Shown: positions 1 to 9,027 of the stretch, in pieces | Numbering within the stretch: the first letter of the stretch is position 1 | How the letters are laid out: every line of letters begins with the position of its first letter | Origin: Actinomycetota bacterium | GTDB lineage: Bacteria; Actinomycetota; Geothermincolia; Fen-727; JAQUKT01 | Assembly (NCBI GenBank): GCA_028718945.1 | Contig: JAQUKT010000004.1 | Location: 1-56,305 of the forward strand | Length of the DNA stretch: 56,305 nucleotides | Direction of reading: 5' to 3' | The notes under the pieces: model-generated | Told to the model about the DNA's origin: nothing | Seen by the model: only the letters and a program-made list of their open reading frames with translations | Database searches by the model: none | Made by a program: the position numbers and the translations under genes

Positions 1-38
1 CTTGACCCTACATCCATTCCGATGTACACTTTCTTCAT
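1..38 (-). CDS. 5' end (partial) of probable acyl-CoA dehydratase activase / BadF-BadG-BcrA-BcrD-type ATPase
   Basis: Minus strand reads MKKVYIGMDVGS from ATG at 38, preceded by AAAGGAGGG; this matches the ASKHA phosphate-1 motif (hGhDhGS). Runs off the window edge. Confidence 0.5.
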   Translation of the reverse strand, partial: MKKVYIGMDVGS

Positions 39-105
39 GACGGACCCTCCTTTCACGCTACTTTTTACAAACAAGTTTAAAGGAGTGTCCGTCTTCTTAA
101 TAATC

Positions 106-182
106 CAGGTCTTGCAATAACACATTTAATCATCATACGCAAGGCAGGCAAAACAAATGTGTTATTGCAAGACCTGACCCCC
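106..182. repeat. REP-like inverted repeat pair (GGGGTCAGGTCTTGCAA family)
   Basis: CAGGTCTTGCAATAACACATTT (106-127) is the exact reverse complement of 155-176 AAATGTGTTATTGCAAGACCTG, which continues ACCCC; same motif at 16257, 21753 and 42045. Confidence 0.85.
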
Positions 183-222
183 TTGCACCGCGGTTTCGAT
201 CCCGTGGGAAGTTTTTGTTGAA

Positions 223-298
223 TGGAGCGGGAGACGGGGCTCGAACCCGCGACCTAGAGCTTGGAAGGCTCTCGCTCTACCAACTGAGCTACTCCCGC
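223..298 (-). tRNA. tRNA-Gly (TCC)
   Basis: Reverse complement GCGGGAGTAGCTCAGTTGGTAGAGCGAGAGCCTTCCAAGCTCTAGGTCGCGGGTTCGAGCCCCGTCTCCCGCTCCA folds as a cloverleaf; anticodon TCC, encoded CCA. Confidence 0.97.
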
Positions 299-547
299 TT
301 TTTCTATATTATAGGATATCAGAATGCTCTTCACGAAAACCCGCTCAAAACTCAAACATTCGAAACCTATCCCAACATATGCTCAAGAAAAAAATATACT
401 ATTCTCATAGGCTCTTCATCAATTTATTGTCCTTACGCATGCCATTCAAAGTCACCGATTCTGTATTTTTCTTCCCGCAATCGTCAATAAGATCTGATGA
501 AATATTCCCCAGGGACAACCAGGCACTCCATACGAAGCAATTTGGGT

Positions 548-587
548 TTGACCAACTCTTCAAGTTTTTGTAGTATATACATATGTA
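548..587 (+). promoter_or_regulatory. sigma70-type promoter with adjacent palindromic operator for the TA operon
   Basis: TTGACC-N17-TAGTAT (548-576) followed by the palindrome TACATATGTA (578-587), upstream of the antitoxin ATG. Confidence 0.6.
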
Positions 588-612
588 AGTATGTATGTCT
601 GGAGGGATTAGC

Positions 613-894
613 ATGAGCAAAAAAATGACGGTTGTTTTTCATGATGAGGAACTCTACACCTATCTGAAGGTCGAAGCGGCAAGGAGGCACATAGCAGCAA
701 GTGAAATCATTGCTGAGGCTGTGCGTGAGTGGCTGGAAAGTCGCGAGGATGCTGAATTATTGCCTGCTATTGAAGCTGCCCGGAGCGAGTGGCAGGAAAA
801 GGGTGGACGTACCTGGGATAAAGCTGAGCATGAACTAAAAGAGGCGTTAAGACAGCGAGAGCGAGCTGCTGAGGCAAAAGTTGTACAGGATTGA
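613..894 (+). CDS. Ribbon-helix-helix/CopG-like antitoxin
   Basis: GGAGG RBS; N-terminal strand-helix pattern (KKMTVVFHDEELYTYLKVEAARR..ASEIIAEAVREWL); overlaps the toxin gene. Confidence 0.75.
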   Translation: MSKKMTVVFHDEELYTYLKVEAARRHIAASEIIAEAVREWLESREDAELLPAIEAARSEWQEKGGRTWDKAEHELKEALRQRERAAEAKVVQD

Positions 895-1159
895 AGTTTC
901 CCCAGCCGCTGACCGTGATTTGGAGAAACTCAAGCAGAGAATCCAGCGGCATGATTTTGAACATTTGCGAGCTGCCATCAGAGGTCTGGCCAATGAACCC
1001 CGTCCCTCTGGAGTCAGAAAAATCAAGGGGGCTAAAAGAGCTTACCGCATCAGGGCAGGTAATTACCGAGTGGTTTACGAGATTTATGATAAAGAGAACT
1101 TAGTAGTGATATTGCAAGTAGCAAGGCGGACTGAGGCAACTTACCGCTCGCAGCAATAA
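881..1159 (+). CDS. relE: Type II toxin, RelE/ParE family
   Basis: MYRIEVSPAADRDLEKL...PRPSGVRKIKG..RAYRIRAGNYRVVYEI; 92 aa. Confidence 0.9.
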   Translation: MYRIEVSPAADRDLEKLKQRIQRHDFEHLRAAIRGLANEPRPSGVRKIKGAKRAYRIRAGNYRVVYEIYDKENLVVILQVARRTEATYRSQQ

Positions 1160-1206
1160 AAGATTCGCACTATCGAAAAGTACTTAAGAACAAACGGTTG
1201 AATGGC

Positions 1207-1546
1207 ATGAGCAAAGCAAAAGCGGGAGACATAGAAATCTGTTATGAAATTGCCGGGGAGGGCAAGCCCCTGGTAATGATTATGGGTCTCACCGCTAACA
1301 TGGACCGGTGGGCTCCAGAACTGATAGATGAACTTGTAAAAAACTTTCGGGTTCTCATATTCGACAACCGCGGCTCGGGGCGAACCAAAGCGCCACCAGG
1401 TGGATTTTCAATAGGGCAGTTCGCAAACGATAGTTCGCAACTTCATGGACAAATATCTACTGAGGATTGAGGGAGCGCGGCACGGATTCCTGTACCAGTG
1501 CATGGAAGAATTCCTAAAAGAGCTATACCGGTTCCTCAAAGATTGA
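1207..1546 (+). pseudogene. Alpha/beta hydrolase (enol-lactonase-like) with large internal deletion and frameshift
   Basis: N-terminus (YEIAGEGKPLVMIMGL...FDNRGSGRT) stops near 1470; another frame carries the C-terminus LLRIEGARHGFLYQCMEEFLKELYRFLKD* (TGA 1544-1546); the GxSxG region is absent. Confidence 0.75.
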
Positions 1547-1567
1547 GTGTTTGAAAATTCGAGCCAT

Positions 1568-2386
1568 TCAACCGACCTTTTCTTTCAGCCTCTCATGGCA
1601 GATCACATCTTCTGCCTGGTGGTCGGGTCCGAGCATTGCAAACCCTTCCCTCAAGTCGAAAAGCCCATCGAAAAAGTCAACTATCCACTCAACTGCCTTG
1701 TTCGAAAACACCATTCCCCAGTGACCTATTGGCCAGTTAACCAGTTTGTTGTACCCACAGTCGAGAATGCCGGAATCCCGAGGAACAATCATCTCATCGA
1801 AGTTGCTGATTATCGAAAGGCACTTGATTGCGCGACATCTCGAGGGGTCCGAATTCAGCTCTTTTATGAGCTTACTTCCCGGAAGCATTTGTCTGCCAGA
1901 TTTCGCCCAGAGTCCAAGATACGCCCAGTACACGCCCTTGTGTGGCGTCCCCAGGTAAACAGCCCTGTAAACGTACTTCCAACCACCGAGCTTCTGCAGG
2001 TAGTACCTTGAAATGATTCCACCGAGACTATGCCCTACGAGATTTACTTTCTCGGCGTCAAATTTTTGGCGCGTTCGCTGGACCTCAACGGCAAGCGCCG
2101 CCGCAGATTTCTCAACATCCCCCAACTGCAAGGAAGGCAAATCCGCCTCGTAAACATCAAATCCCTCAAGCTCGAGCCTGCTTCTCAAGTATAGACCGTG
2201 GATGGCAGGCGCGCCGAACCCAGGAACATAGATTATCGGGAAACGCTCTAATGCTGCCAGTTCGTGGGCTTTACTGGTCAGGTGAGCCTTATCACTCTCC
2301 TGTTTGGGAGTCAAATCGTATTCGGAACTTTTTTTTGCTTCCTTTTTGCCTGCTTTATTTGGTTTTTTGTCTCGAACCTCTCTCAT
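1568..2386 (-). CDS. Alpha/beta hydrolase, lipase/esterase
   Basis: VPGFG oxyanion motif, GHSLGG nucleophile, LGTPHKG, DEMIVP, GHWGM; true start may be further in. Confidence 0.85.
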   Translation of the reverse strand: MREVRDKKPNKAGKKEAKKSSEYDLTPKQESDKAHLTSKAHELAALERFPIIYVPGFGAPAIHGLYLRSRLELEGFDVYEADLPSLQLGDVEKSAAALAVEVQRTRQKFDAEKVNLVGHSLGGIISRYYLQKLGGWKYVYRAVYLGTPHKGVYWAYLGLWAKSGRQMLPGSKLIKELNSDPSRCRAIKCLSIISNFDEMIVPRDSGILDCGYNKLVNWPIGHWGMVFSNKAVEWIVDFFDGLFDLREGFAMLGPDHQAEDVICHERLKEKVG

Positions 2387-2439
2387 ACTCTTACGAATTT
2401 TTCCTCCATTCTAAGATACAAAATCTCATCTGGACTTCC

Positions 2440-3201
2440 TCAAACGGGATCTTTCACGAAGTCAAATGGCGTTTCATCCGTTAAGTACTTATCCAGTTCT
2501 TCTCCATCATATAGTTTGATAACAATCCTTCTTATCCTTCCCGCAACCCTGTCAATCAGAGCCTTGGTCAGCCGCTCGCCTTTGAAAGGCGTAAGATCGA
2601 TTGGCTTCCCAATCCTCGCAGTGACTCCCTTGTATGTAATAAACCTTATGCCTTCACTTGCATTCGGGAGCTTGACATAAGCGGATACGAGAAAACCAGG
2701 GATTTTTGGCAGTTCCTTTTCCTCATCTGCCACCACAGCGCATGGAATCACGGGAACCATCTCCTCAAGCGCAAGTTTTGCAAATCCAGTCTTGAAAGTG
2801 GCTATTTTTGTTACCCTGTGCGGATTGAAAAAAGACTGGACACCCTCAGGAAAGACTCCAACAAGTTCACCATTCCTCAGAAGTTCTTTTGCTATGTTGA
2901 TGTTCTTATCGCTCTCCTCACCACCATAGATTGAGAGTGGAAAAGCTCCAGCCAAGGAATAGAGCTGTTTCACGAGAGGCATTTTGAAAGAATAGGAAGC
3001 CGCCGCAAAATTCACAAATCTATCGATGGAATAGCCAAGCACTACCGGGTCAAGAAGTGAGCGATGATTGCTAACTATGAGCGCTGGCCCTTCTTCGGGG
3101 ATATTTTCCTTTCCCTCGGTTCTTGCGCGGTAGTGCCAGTCAACAACCGGACCTACTACCATCCTTGCCGCCTCATAAAAAAGCATGTTTCCTACATCCA
3201 C
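2440..3201 (-). CDS. plsC: Lysophospholipid acyltransferase (PlsC-like)
   Basis: NHRSLLD (HX4D) and FPEG motifs. Confidence 0.85.
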   Translation of the reverse strand: MDVGNMLFYEAARMVVGPVVDWHYRARTEGKENIPEEGPALIVSNHRSLLDPVVLGYSIDRFVNFAAASYSFKMPLVKQLYSLAGAFPLSIYGGEESDKNINIAKELLRNGELVGVFPEGVQSFFNPHRVTKIATFKTGFAKLALEEMVPVIPCAVVADEEKELPKIPGFLVSAYVKLPNASEGIRFITYKGVTARIGKPIDLTPFKGERLTKALIDRVAGRIRRIVIKLYDGEELDKYLTDETPFDFVKDPV

Positions 3202-3422
3202 TTAGAGTCCCTCCACTTGCTTGAGAGTTTTTCTCTGCTCTCTCAAAGAAACATAATGTCCGACAAATTTGCCTATATATTTTACGCCATATTTATATAA
3301 CTCGAAATCCGCGGTATCAACCGGGCTCTTGCAGGCAATACACGTGCTAAGTCATTCTATTTGGAATCATAATAACTTTGCGCAAAAAGCTTCAAACAAT
3401 GTTGAGGTAAATTAAATCCCTC

Positions 3423-3900
3423 GGTGGGCGCAATTGCTGAACGAAGCTCGAACCTTTTTTGAACGAAAAATGCTCGAATAGCTCCGCTCCGCGTTTCCGC
3501 CCGCCGAACTTCGGCGAGCAAAGCAAAACAATTTCTATAGCGGACCCGATTTCCTTGGACACGGATTAACAGTAACGTTGATGTCCAGGGAGGTGATCCA
3601 ATGGGATCAGGAGACAAGGGAAACAATTGGATTGAACCATTGTGGGAGTGGATAAAAACCGCTCACCACGCCGAAAAACTGGCTTCGCCCAACGAATTTG
3701 ATGAAATCAAATCGTTGGTGGAAAAAATTGGAACGAACCGCCGCCTGCTGGACAGAAAACTGATTTTTGATTTTCAAAAGCCCTTTGATTTTGTGCCGAA
3801 ATATAGGGCTTTTTGCGAAGCGAGACCCGCCGAAGGCGGGGCGAGCGAGCAAACAAACTGCCCGCAAAATTCGCAATGTTTAGATTGGTCGGGGTGGGCG
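3423..3900. mobile_element. Deleted remnant of an integrative element at tRNA-Pro with attL/attR core GGTGGGCG
   Basis: 8-bp direct repeat GGTGGGCG at 3423-3430 and 3893-3900 (the latter in the tRNA-Pro T-arm/acceptor region), enclosing a recombinase-like ORF end. Confidence 0.6.
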
Positions 3901-3948
3901 GATTCGAACCGCCGACCTCGTGCTCCCAAAGCACGCGCGCTAACCTAA
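3601..3948 (+). pseudogene. C-terminal fragment of probable large serine recombinase/integrase reading into the antisense of tRNA-Pro
   Basis: NWIEPLWEWIK...EKIGTNR..LDRKLIFDFQKPFDF resembles recombinase C-termini as I recall them (not searched); oriented toward the tRNA 3' end; no catalytic domain. Confidence 0.5.
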
Positions 3949-3963
3949 CTGCGCCACACCCCG
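3886..3963 (-). tRNA. tRNA-Pro (TGG)
   Basis: Reverse complement CGGGGTGTGGCGCAGTTAGGTTAGCGCGCGTGCTTTGGGAGCACGAGGTCGGCGGTTCGAATCCGCCCACCCCGACCA; anticodon TGG. Confidence 0.97.
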
Positions 3964-4027
3964 CATTTCTTAGCCTACTAAGTTCAACATACCCGTACAA
4001 GTCAAAAACATGAGAGGCGTGAAACCT

Positions 4028-5656
4028 TCACTTTATCTTACGTTCAATCGGCACCCAGGCTTCACCCTTTTTCTCGAGAAGATAAGTCATCTCCTTTTTG
4101 ATGCCGGAAACACTTGAAACGGGAACCCCTGCACGGAAGGTCGTAGAATTCCAGACTTCAACCGTGTCAGCAGTTGCAAATTTCCCAGAAAGAACCTTGA
4201 AATTCTCATATTTTACGCTCATGAGATCGGAACTCAAAAGATAGCCGCGTGCGGTATTCTTTTCCATCTCAGCATACTCATCATCAAGAAGTTTTCCAGA
4301 GCATGCTTGTGAAAGAAAAGAAAGGTTCCCGGTTTTTGAGGCTTCAGACTTTGCGGCGAAAAATGTGCCAAGCGCGCCCTTCAGGCTCTCTTTGGTCCTT
4401 GTGTCAGCGTCGGGATTAGCCTCAACGCTCAACGGAGCGTAAAATCCCTTCTCGAGAGGTTTGCAACCGCGGAACTCGACTCTTATTGTGTGATAGCCTT
4501 CAGGAAGCCCGTTCAGTTCAAGACCCGACTCTGTCCTTGTTAGTTTCGCCCTCAAACTTCCGTCGTCTCCACCCCCGAATATCCAGTAGAGGTGAAGCCC
4601 TATCCGCGCAACCTCGCGGCTCAACTCCTTGCTTTCGCTAACAGTGCTCTTGACAGCATCCACTACCTCAACCCAGCTTCCGCCATGTGCCCCGAATCGA
4701 CTCAGGACGCTCTGAGCCTCCCCTGTAACACTGGAAATGTTTTCAAGAACCGCCTTTGCCTCATCAAAGATGAATCTTCCCGCGTCAACAAGCCTTTTGG
4801 CATAATCCGGAACATCTCTTATGCCTTGAGGAAAATCACCGAGAGACATTGCCTTCTTCAGACCCTCGTTTTCTTCTGCGTCGCCCACATACTTGCCATC
4901 AATAAAGACGCTCGAGCCCGCCGGAGCAACAATAGCTTTCGTCGGCTCAGTAGAAAGCAGTATTCGATGCCTGTTGAATGGCCAGAACCCTCCCGCACCT
5001 TGAGCGGTAATGTCAACATCGAAGCTATCATTCTGGTATTCAAGCCTCACCGAGAAATCGGTACCGCTTTCCTGCTTGTCCTCGAGAAGCCTCCCGAAGA
5101 GACGGCTTTCCTTTCCTCCCGGATAAACACTATACTCCGTGAGTCTTCCACATTTTTCAGCCTGATGATTCTGCCAAGTCAAAAAATAGCTCCTATCCGA
5201 GAAGGAACCTCCGGGATGAACGAGCATCTCATACGCGCTGTTCCAGTCACCAACCTTGAGCCTCGAAAGATACCTCTCTACCGCCGCCTGTGGAGTATGC
5301 CCTGAAGCAATCACAAAAAGCGCAATTATGATTCCTACAACAAACAAAACAAGAAGTGGAACGCCAAATTTGACCCCTTTCGAAAGACCGCCTATTCGCT
5401 CGCCAGCCCTCAATGCCCAGGTTTCAAGTCCAGCCGCGCGGGCTTCCGCTTCAGGAGTAAGGGGCGCGGCGCACATAGTGCAGAATTTTGCATCCTCTTC
5501 TAACTCGGCACCGCACTTCGGGCATTTCTTTCTGCTTTCCTTCTCATTCATGGGTTCTTCATCCCTGCCAGAGTTTTCAATTACCTCCGTTGTATCCCTT
5601 ATTTTTTCTTCTTCCCTCGAAGACTCATCTCCGCGGTGAACGAACCATTTTCTCAT
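4028..5656 (-). CDS. Zinc-ribbon membrane protein with large extracytoplasmic region (TcaA-like architecture)
   Basis: CPKC..CTMC zinc ribbon, one TM helix, then beta-rich segments including PEGA-like motifs. Confidence 0.65.
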   Translation of the reverse strand: MRKWFVHRGDESSREEEKIRDTTEVIENSGRDEEPMNEKESRKKCPKCGAELEEDAKFCTMCAAPLTPEAEARAAGLETWALRAGERIGGLSKGVKFGVPLLVLFVVGIIIALFVIASGHTPQAAVERYLSRLKVGDWNSAYEMLVHPGGSFSDRSYFLTWQNHQAEKCGRLTEYSVYPGGKESRLFGRLLEDKQESGTDFSVRLEYQNDSFDVDITAQGAGGFWPFNRHRILLSTEPTKAIVAPAGSSVFIDGKYVGDAEENEGLKKAMSLGDFPQGIRDVPDYAKRLVDAGRFIFDEAKAVLENISSVTGEAQSVLSRFGAHGGSWVEVVDAVKSTVSESKELSREVARIGLHLYWIFGGGDDGSLRAKLTRTESGLELNGLPEGYHTIRVEFRGCKPLEKGFYAPLSVEANPDADTRTKESLKGALGTFFAAKSEASKTGNLSFLSQACSGKLLDDEYAEMEKNTARGYLLSSDLMSVKYENFKVLSGKFATADTVEVWNSTTFRAGVPVSSVSGIKKEMTYLLEKKGEAWVPIERKIK

Positions 5657-5658
5657 CT

Positions 5659-6276
5659 TTATCCCCCTTCGCCCTTGTAAGCAAGTTCTCTGCCCCTGTC
5701 ATAAGAAGTTATTATTATGCCGAGAATGAAGCCGACGAATAGAAAAATTGTGACAACCTGTCCTCCCGCCACATTGACCTGCATGAAGCGAACATCTTTT
5801 ATCACAGCCTTGATAACACTGCTCAAGGCAAAAACAGTTATCCAGATGGTGAACATAACGCCACCCAAGAAAGCGCATATATGAGTCTCAACTACCCTTC
5901 TTCTTGTTCCTATGCCCGCGACCATGAGAAGAGAAATCAAAAGGGGAATGATTGAAAGGTACAGGAAAATTCGAGGAATATAAAGTTCCCAGCCACTGTA
6001 GTTCCTTGAAACGAGTGAGAAGCCAATAAGTTCAACTTTAATGGATGCCCACGGAGCGTAAACCATCGCCATCATGAGAACCATGAAAAGTGCTGTAAGG
6101 ATGGGTCCTTTTCTGCTCCACAGGATCGAAAAAAATCTCGCAACGGTGGGAAACTGCTTCTCTTTTGCTTCCAAATCCTCTCTTTCAACTCCAATTCCGG
6201 CTTCAAGAGTAGCGCCGCACTCCTTGCAAAATCTGCTCCCTTCCGCGTACTCGCTACCGCAGTTATCGCAACGCAT
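5659..6276 (-). CDS. Zinc-ribbon multi-pass membrane protein
   Basis: CDNC..CKEC then about four hydrophobic helices; GGAGG RBS. Confidence 0.75.
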   Translation of the reverse strand: MRCDNCGSEYAEGSRFCKECGATLEAGIGVEREDLEAKEKQFPTVARFFSILWSRKGPILTALFMVLMMAMVYAPWASIKVELIGFSLVSRNYSGWELYIPRIFLYLSIIPLLISLLMVAGIGTRRRVVETHICAFLGGVMFTIWITVFALSSVIKAVIKDVRFMQVNVAGGQVVTIFLFVGFILGIIITSYDRGRELAYKGEGG

Positions 6277-6600
6277 TTCTAAACCTCCGTTCGTTCCCTT
6301 TATTCTTTCTTACACGCACGGTTTTTCTCCCCTTTGAAATCAAATCCAAACATGATTATGACACCTCGAATATCAAAGGTCGAACAAAACCGGATAAACA
6401 ACCCACATTTTATCGTAAAAAAATGCACTCGCCGACCCTCAAAGAAGACAATGGATGAGGTTTCCTGCCCTCAAAAGGCACCGGGAAAAATCCCAAATGA
6501 TTTGTGATAAGAAAAGCCGTGTTGTATTCTCTTAATTTGTAGAAAAAAACACTCTTATGGTCATCATTTGAGTATCGAATGGCTTGGACGGAGAAGAAGT

Positions 6601-7584
6601 GTGGCGGAATTAAGATGGAACCCAATACTTAAGACCTGGACGATAATCTCCTCTCACAGGCAGAAAAGACCATTCCTTGAAAAAGACAGCTGCCCTTTTT
6701 GCCCCGGTTCAGGAATGGTTCCAGATGAATTCGATGTTTACGCATACCCAAATGACTTCCCCTCACTGATGCTCGATCCACCGGAACCCGACATAGAAGG
6801 TGATGACCTGATACCAGTAAAGGAAGCACTTGGTCACTGCGAGGTTACCCTTTACTCACCGAAGCATGACATAACACTTCCCGAACTGTCACTTGCGCAT
6901 GTCAACAAACTCGTTGAACACTGGGAGAAGCGATACATGGAAATTGGCTCAATTGATGGAATCGAATATGTGTTCATTTTTGAAAACCGCGGAGAGGCGG
7001 TAGGGGTTACAATGATTCACCCGCACGGGCAGATTTACGGCTATTCCTACATCCCGCTCAAAATTCAGTTTGAACTCTCAAATTTCAAGGAGCACATGGA
7101 AGAAAAAGGAAAGTGTCTTATGTGCCACCTTCTTGAACACGAGCACGAAGAAGAAAAAAGAATCGTATATGAGAGTGATGGATTCACCGCTTTTGTCCCT
7201 CCGTTCGCGGACTACCCTTATCAGGTCTTCGTTGTCCCGGAGCGGCACACGGGCTCTCTCTCCACGATGTCAGCGAGCGAAAAAAAAGGTCTTGCAAAGG
7301 CAATCAAGTGCATTACCGGTGGATATGATGACCTATTCGGATTTCCCTTCCCCTACATGATGTGCATGCACCAGGTGCCTACTGACGGTGGCAATTATGA
7401 TTATTACCATTTCCACATAGAGTTCTACCCGCCGATGCGCGCTCCCGATAAACTGAAATTCGCCGCATCATCGGAAACGGGAGCATGGGCATGGATAAAC
7501 GACACAATCCCTGAAGAAAAAGCAAAAGAACTGCGGGACAGGTTCTCGAAAAGGCTTTCTGAGCTCGATGCTGAAAAGCAATGA
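6601..7584 (+). CDS. galT: Galactose-1-phosphate uridylyltransferase
   Basis: ELRWNP, CPFCPG, FENRG..GVTMIHPHGQ (HPH active site); GTG start at 6601 preferred. Confidence 0.95.
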   Translation: MAELRWNPILKTWTIISSHRQKRPFLEKDSCPFCPGSGMVPDEFDVYAYPNDFPSLMLDPPEPDIEGDDLIPVKEALGHCEVTLYSPKHDITLPELSLAHVNKLVEHWEKRYMEIGSIDGIEYVFIFENRGEAVGVTMIHPHGQIYGYSYIPLKIQFELSNFKEHMEEKGKCLMCHLLEHEHEEEKRIVYESDGFTAFVPPFADYPYQVFVVPERHTGSLSTMSASEKKGLAKAIKCITGGYDDLFGFPFPYMMCMHQVPTDGGNYDYYHFHIEFYPPMRAPDKLKFAASSETGAWAWINDTIPEEKAKELRDRFSKRLSELDAEKQ

Positions 7585-7617
7585 ATCAAAAAGAAAAGGA
7601 GTCATTGAAAAGGAACT

Positions 7618-8787
7618 ATGCTCGATAACGAAACAATAAAAAAAACCATACTCGAGTTTGATGAAAGGTTCGGAAGAGGTGAAAAACCTTCACTTTTCTT
7701 TGCCCCAGGAAGGGTAAACATCATAGGAGACCACACTGACTACAACGGCGGATTCGTTCTGCCAATGGCAATCCAACTTGGAACATACATGTTGATTCGG
7801 AAGAGTGAACTTGCTCCCGCAAGACTTTACTCCAAAAACCTCAATGATGAGACAAGATTTCATCCCGGAAAGATCAAGAAGCAAGCTGACTGGGCTGATT
7901 ATGTTAGGGGCGTCTTTTTGATTGCAAAAGAGACATGTGGCGAACTCCCATCCTTTGATGCCATTTTCTTTGGAGACCTTCCGCTTTCCGCGGGACTGTC
8001 ATCGTCGGCTTCAATCGAACTTGTCATAGCAACAGGGCTTCAAGCGCTTGGTTGCAATATCTCAAATTCTCAAGCAGTGAAAATCGCAAGACGCGCGGAA
8101 AACGAGTTCGTTGGAGTCTCCTGCGGGATAATGGACCAGTTCACTGTCGCATACGGACAAAAAGAGCACGCAATCCTTCTGAACTGCGAAACGCTCGAGT
8201 TCCGTCATGTTCGTTTCAATGCGAAAGCCTGCTCACTCGTGGTGATTGACACCGGAGCCAGGCGATCACTGGTTGAATCCGCCTATAATGAAAGGCGGCG
8301 CGAATGCGAACACGCGCTCGAGATTCTCGAAGAAAAAATAGGTCCGCGTGGTTGCCTCTCAAGAATCAAGCCAAAGGAATTCGAGGAATACAAGTGGGCA
8401 CTTCCAGAAGCAGAAAAGAAACGCGCTGAGCATGTGATTTACGAGAGCCTGCGGGTGGAAGAAGCAGCAAGGTGCCTCGAAAAAGGTGACGCAAGGACTT
8501 TGGGTTATCTCATGAACCGCTCTCATGAATCCCTTCGAGACCTTTTTGAAGTCTCAAGCCTTGAACTTAACGCAATTCAAAAAATCTCTCTGACTCAACC
8601 CGGTGTGCTTGGTTGCAGAATGACCGGGGCTGGATTCGGGGGTTGCATGATAGCGCTTGTGGAAAATGAACACCTTGAAAAGTACATGAGAAGGCTTCCA
8701 AACCTCTACTGGAAAGAAACACATTGCGAGGCTGAACTGATAGTGGTATCCGCATGTGACGGCGCAAGAAAATGCGAGGAAATCTGA
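7618..8787 (+). CDS. galK: Galactokinase
   Basis: APGRVNIIGDHTDYNGG, PLSAGLSSSAS, CGIMDQ, RMTGAGFGG. Confidence 0.96.
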   Translation: MLDNETIKKTILEFDERFGRGEKPSLFFAPGRVNIIGDHTDYNGGFVLPMAIQLGTYMLIRKSELAPARLYSKNLNDETRFHPGKIKKQADWADYVRGVFLIAKETCGELPSFDAIFFGDLPLSAGLSSSASIELVIATGLQALGCNISNSQAVKIARRAENEFVGVSCGIMDQFTVAYGQKEHAILLNCETLEFRHVRFNAKACSLVVIDTGARRSLVESAYNERRRECEHALEILEEKIGPRGCLSRIKPKEFEEYKWALPEAEKKRAEHVIYESLRVEEAARCLEKGDARTLGYLMNRSHESLRDLFEVSSLELNAIQKISLTQPGVLGCRMTGAGFGGCMIALVENEHLEKYMRRLPNLYWKETHCEAELIVVSACDGARKCEEI

Positions 8788-9027
8788 TTAAAGTCAGTGG
8801 TTGAGCGCAAGGAAAAACATTGCAATGGACGCCAACAAATCGCTTGAAGAGAATAAAGGTTTCGCATATCAGGCTCATACGGTTTCCACCATGAGGCGAA
8901 TTCCTTTGGATTGGAAGTGTTGTCAGTAACTGATGGCGGGGCAATGGCAAAAACTATCGAGAGTAGTCGGCATAAAAAACTAAATCTTTGTTGTGGTTTG
9001 GCAAGTAATCAATAGACGGGAGGGAAT

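Noticed and set aside
215-490. 91-aa ORF
   Set aside because: Its first part is the antisense of tRNA-Gly; no protein signature.
6410-6625. Possible riboswitch or small ORF upstream of galT
   Set aside because: Only a short CCCTCAAA direct repeat; no recognisable aptamer or protein motif.
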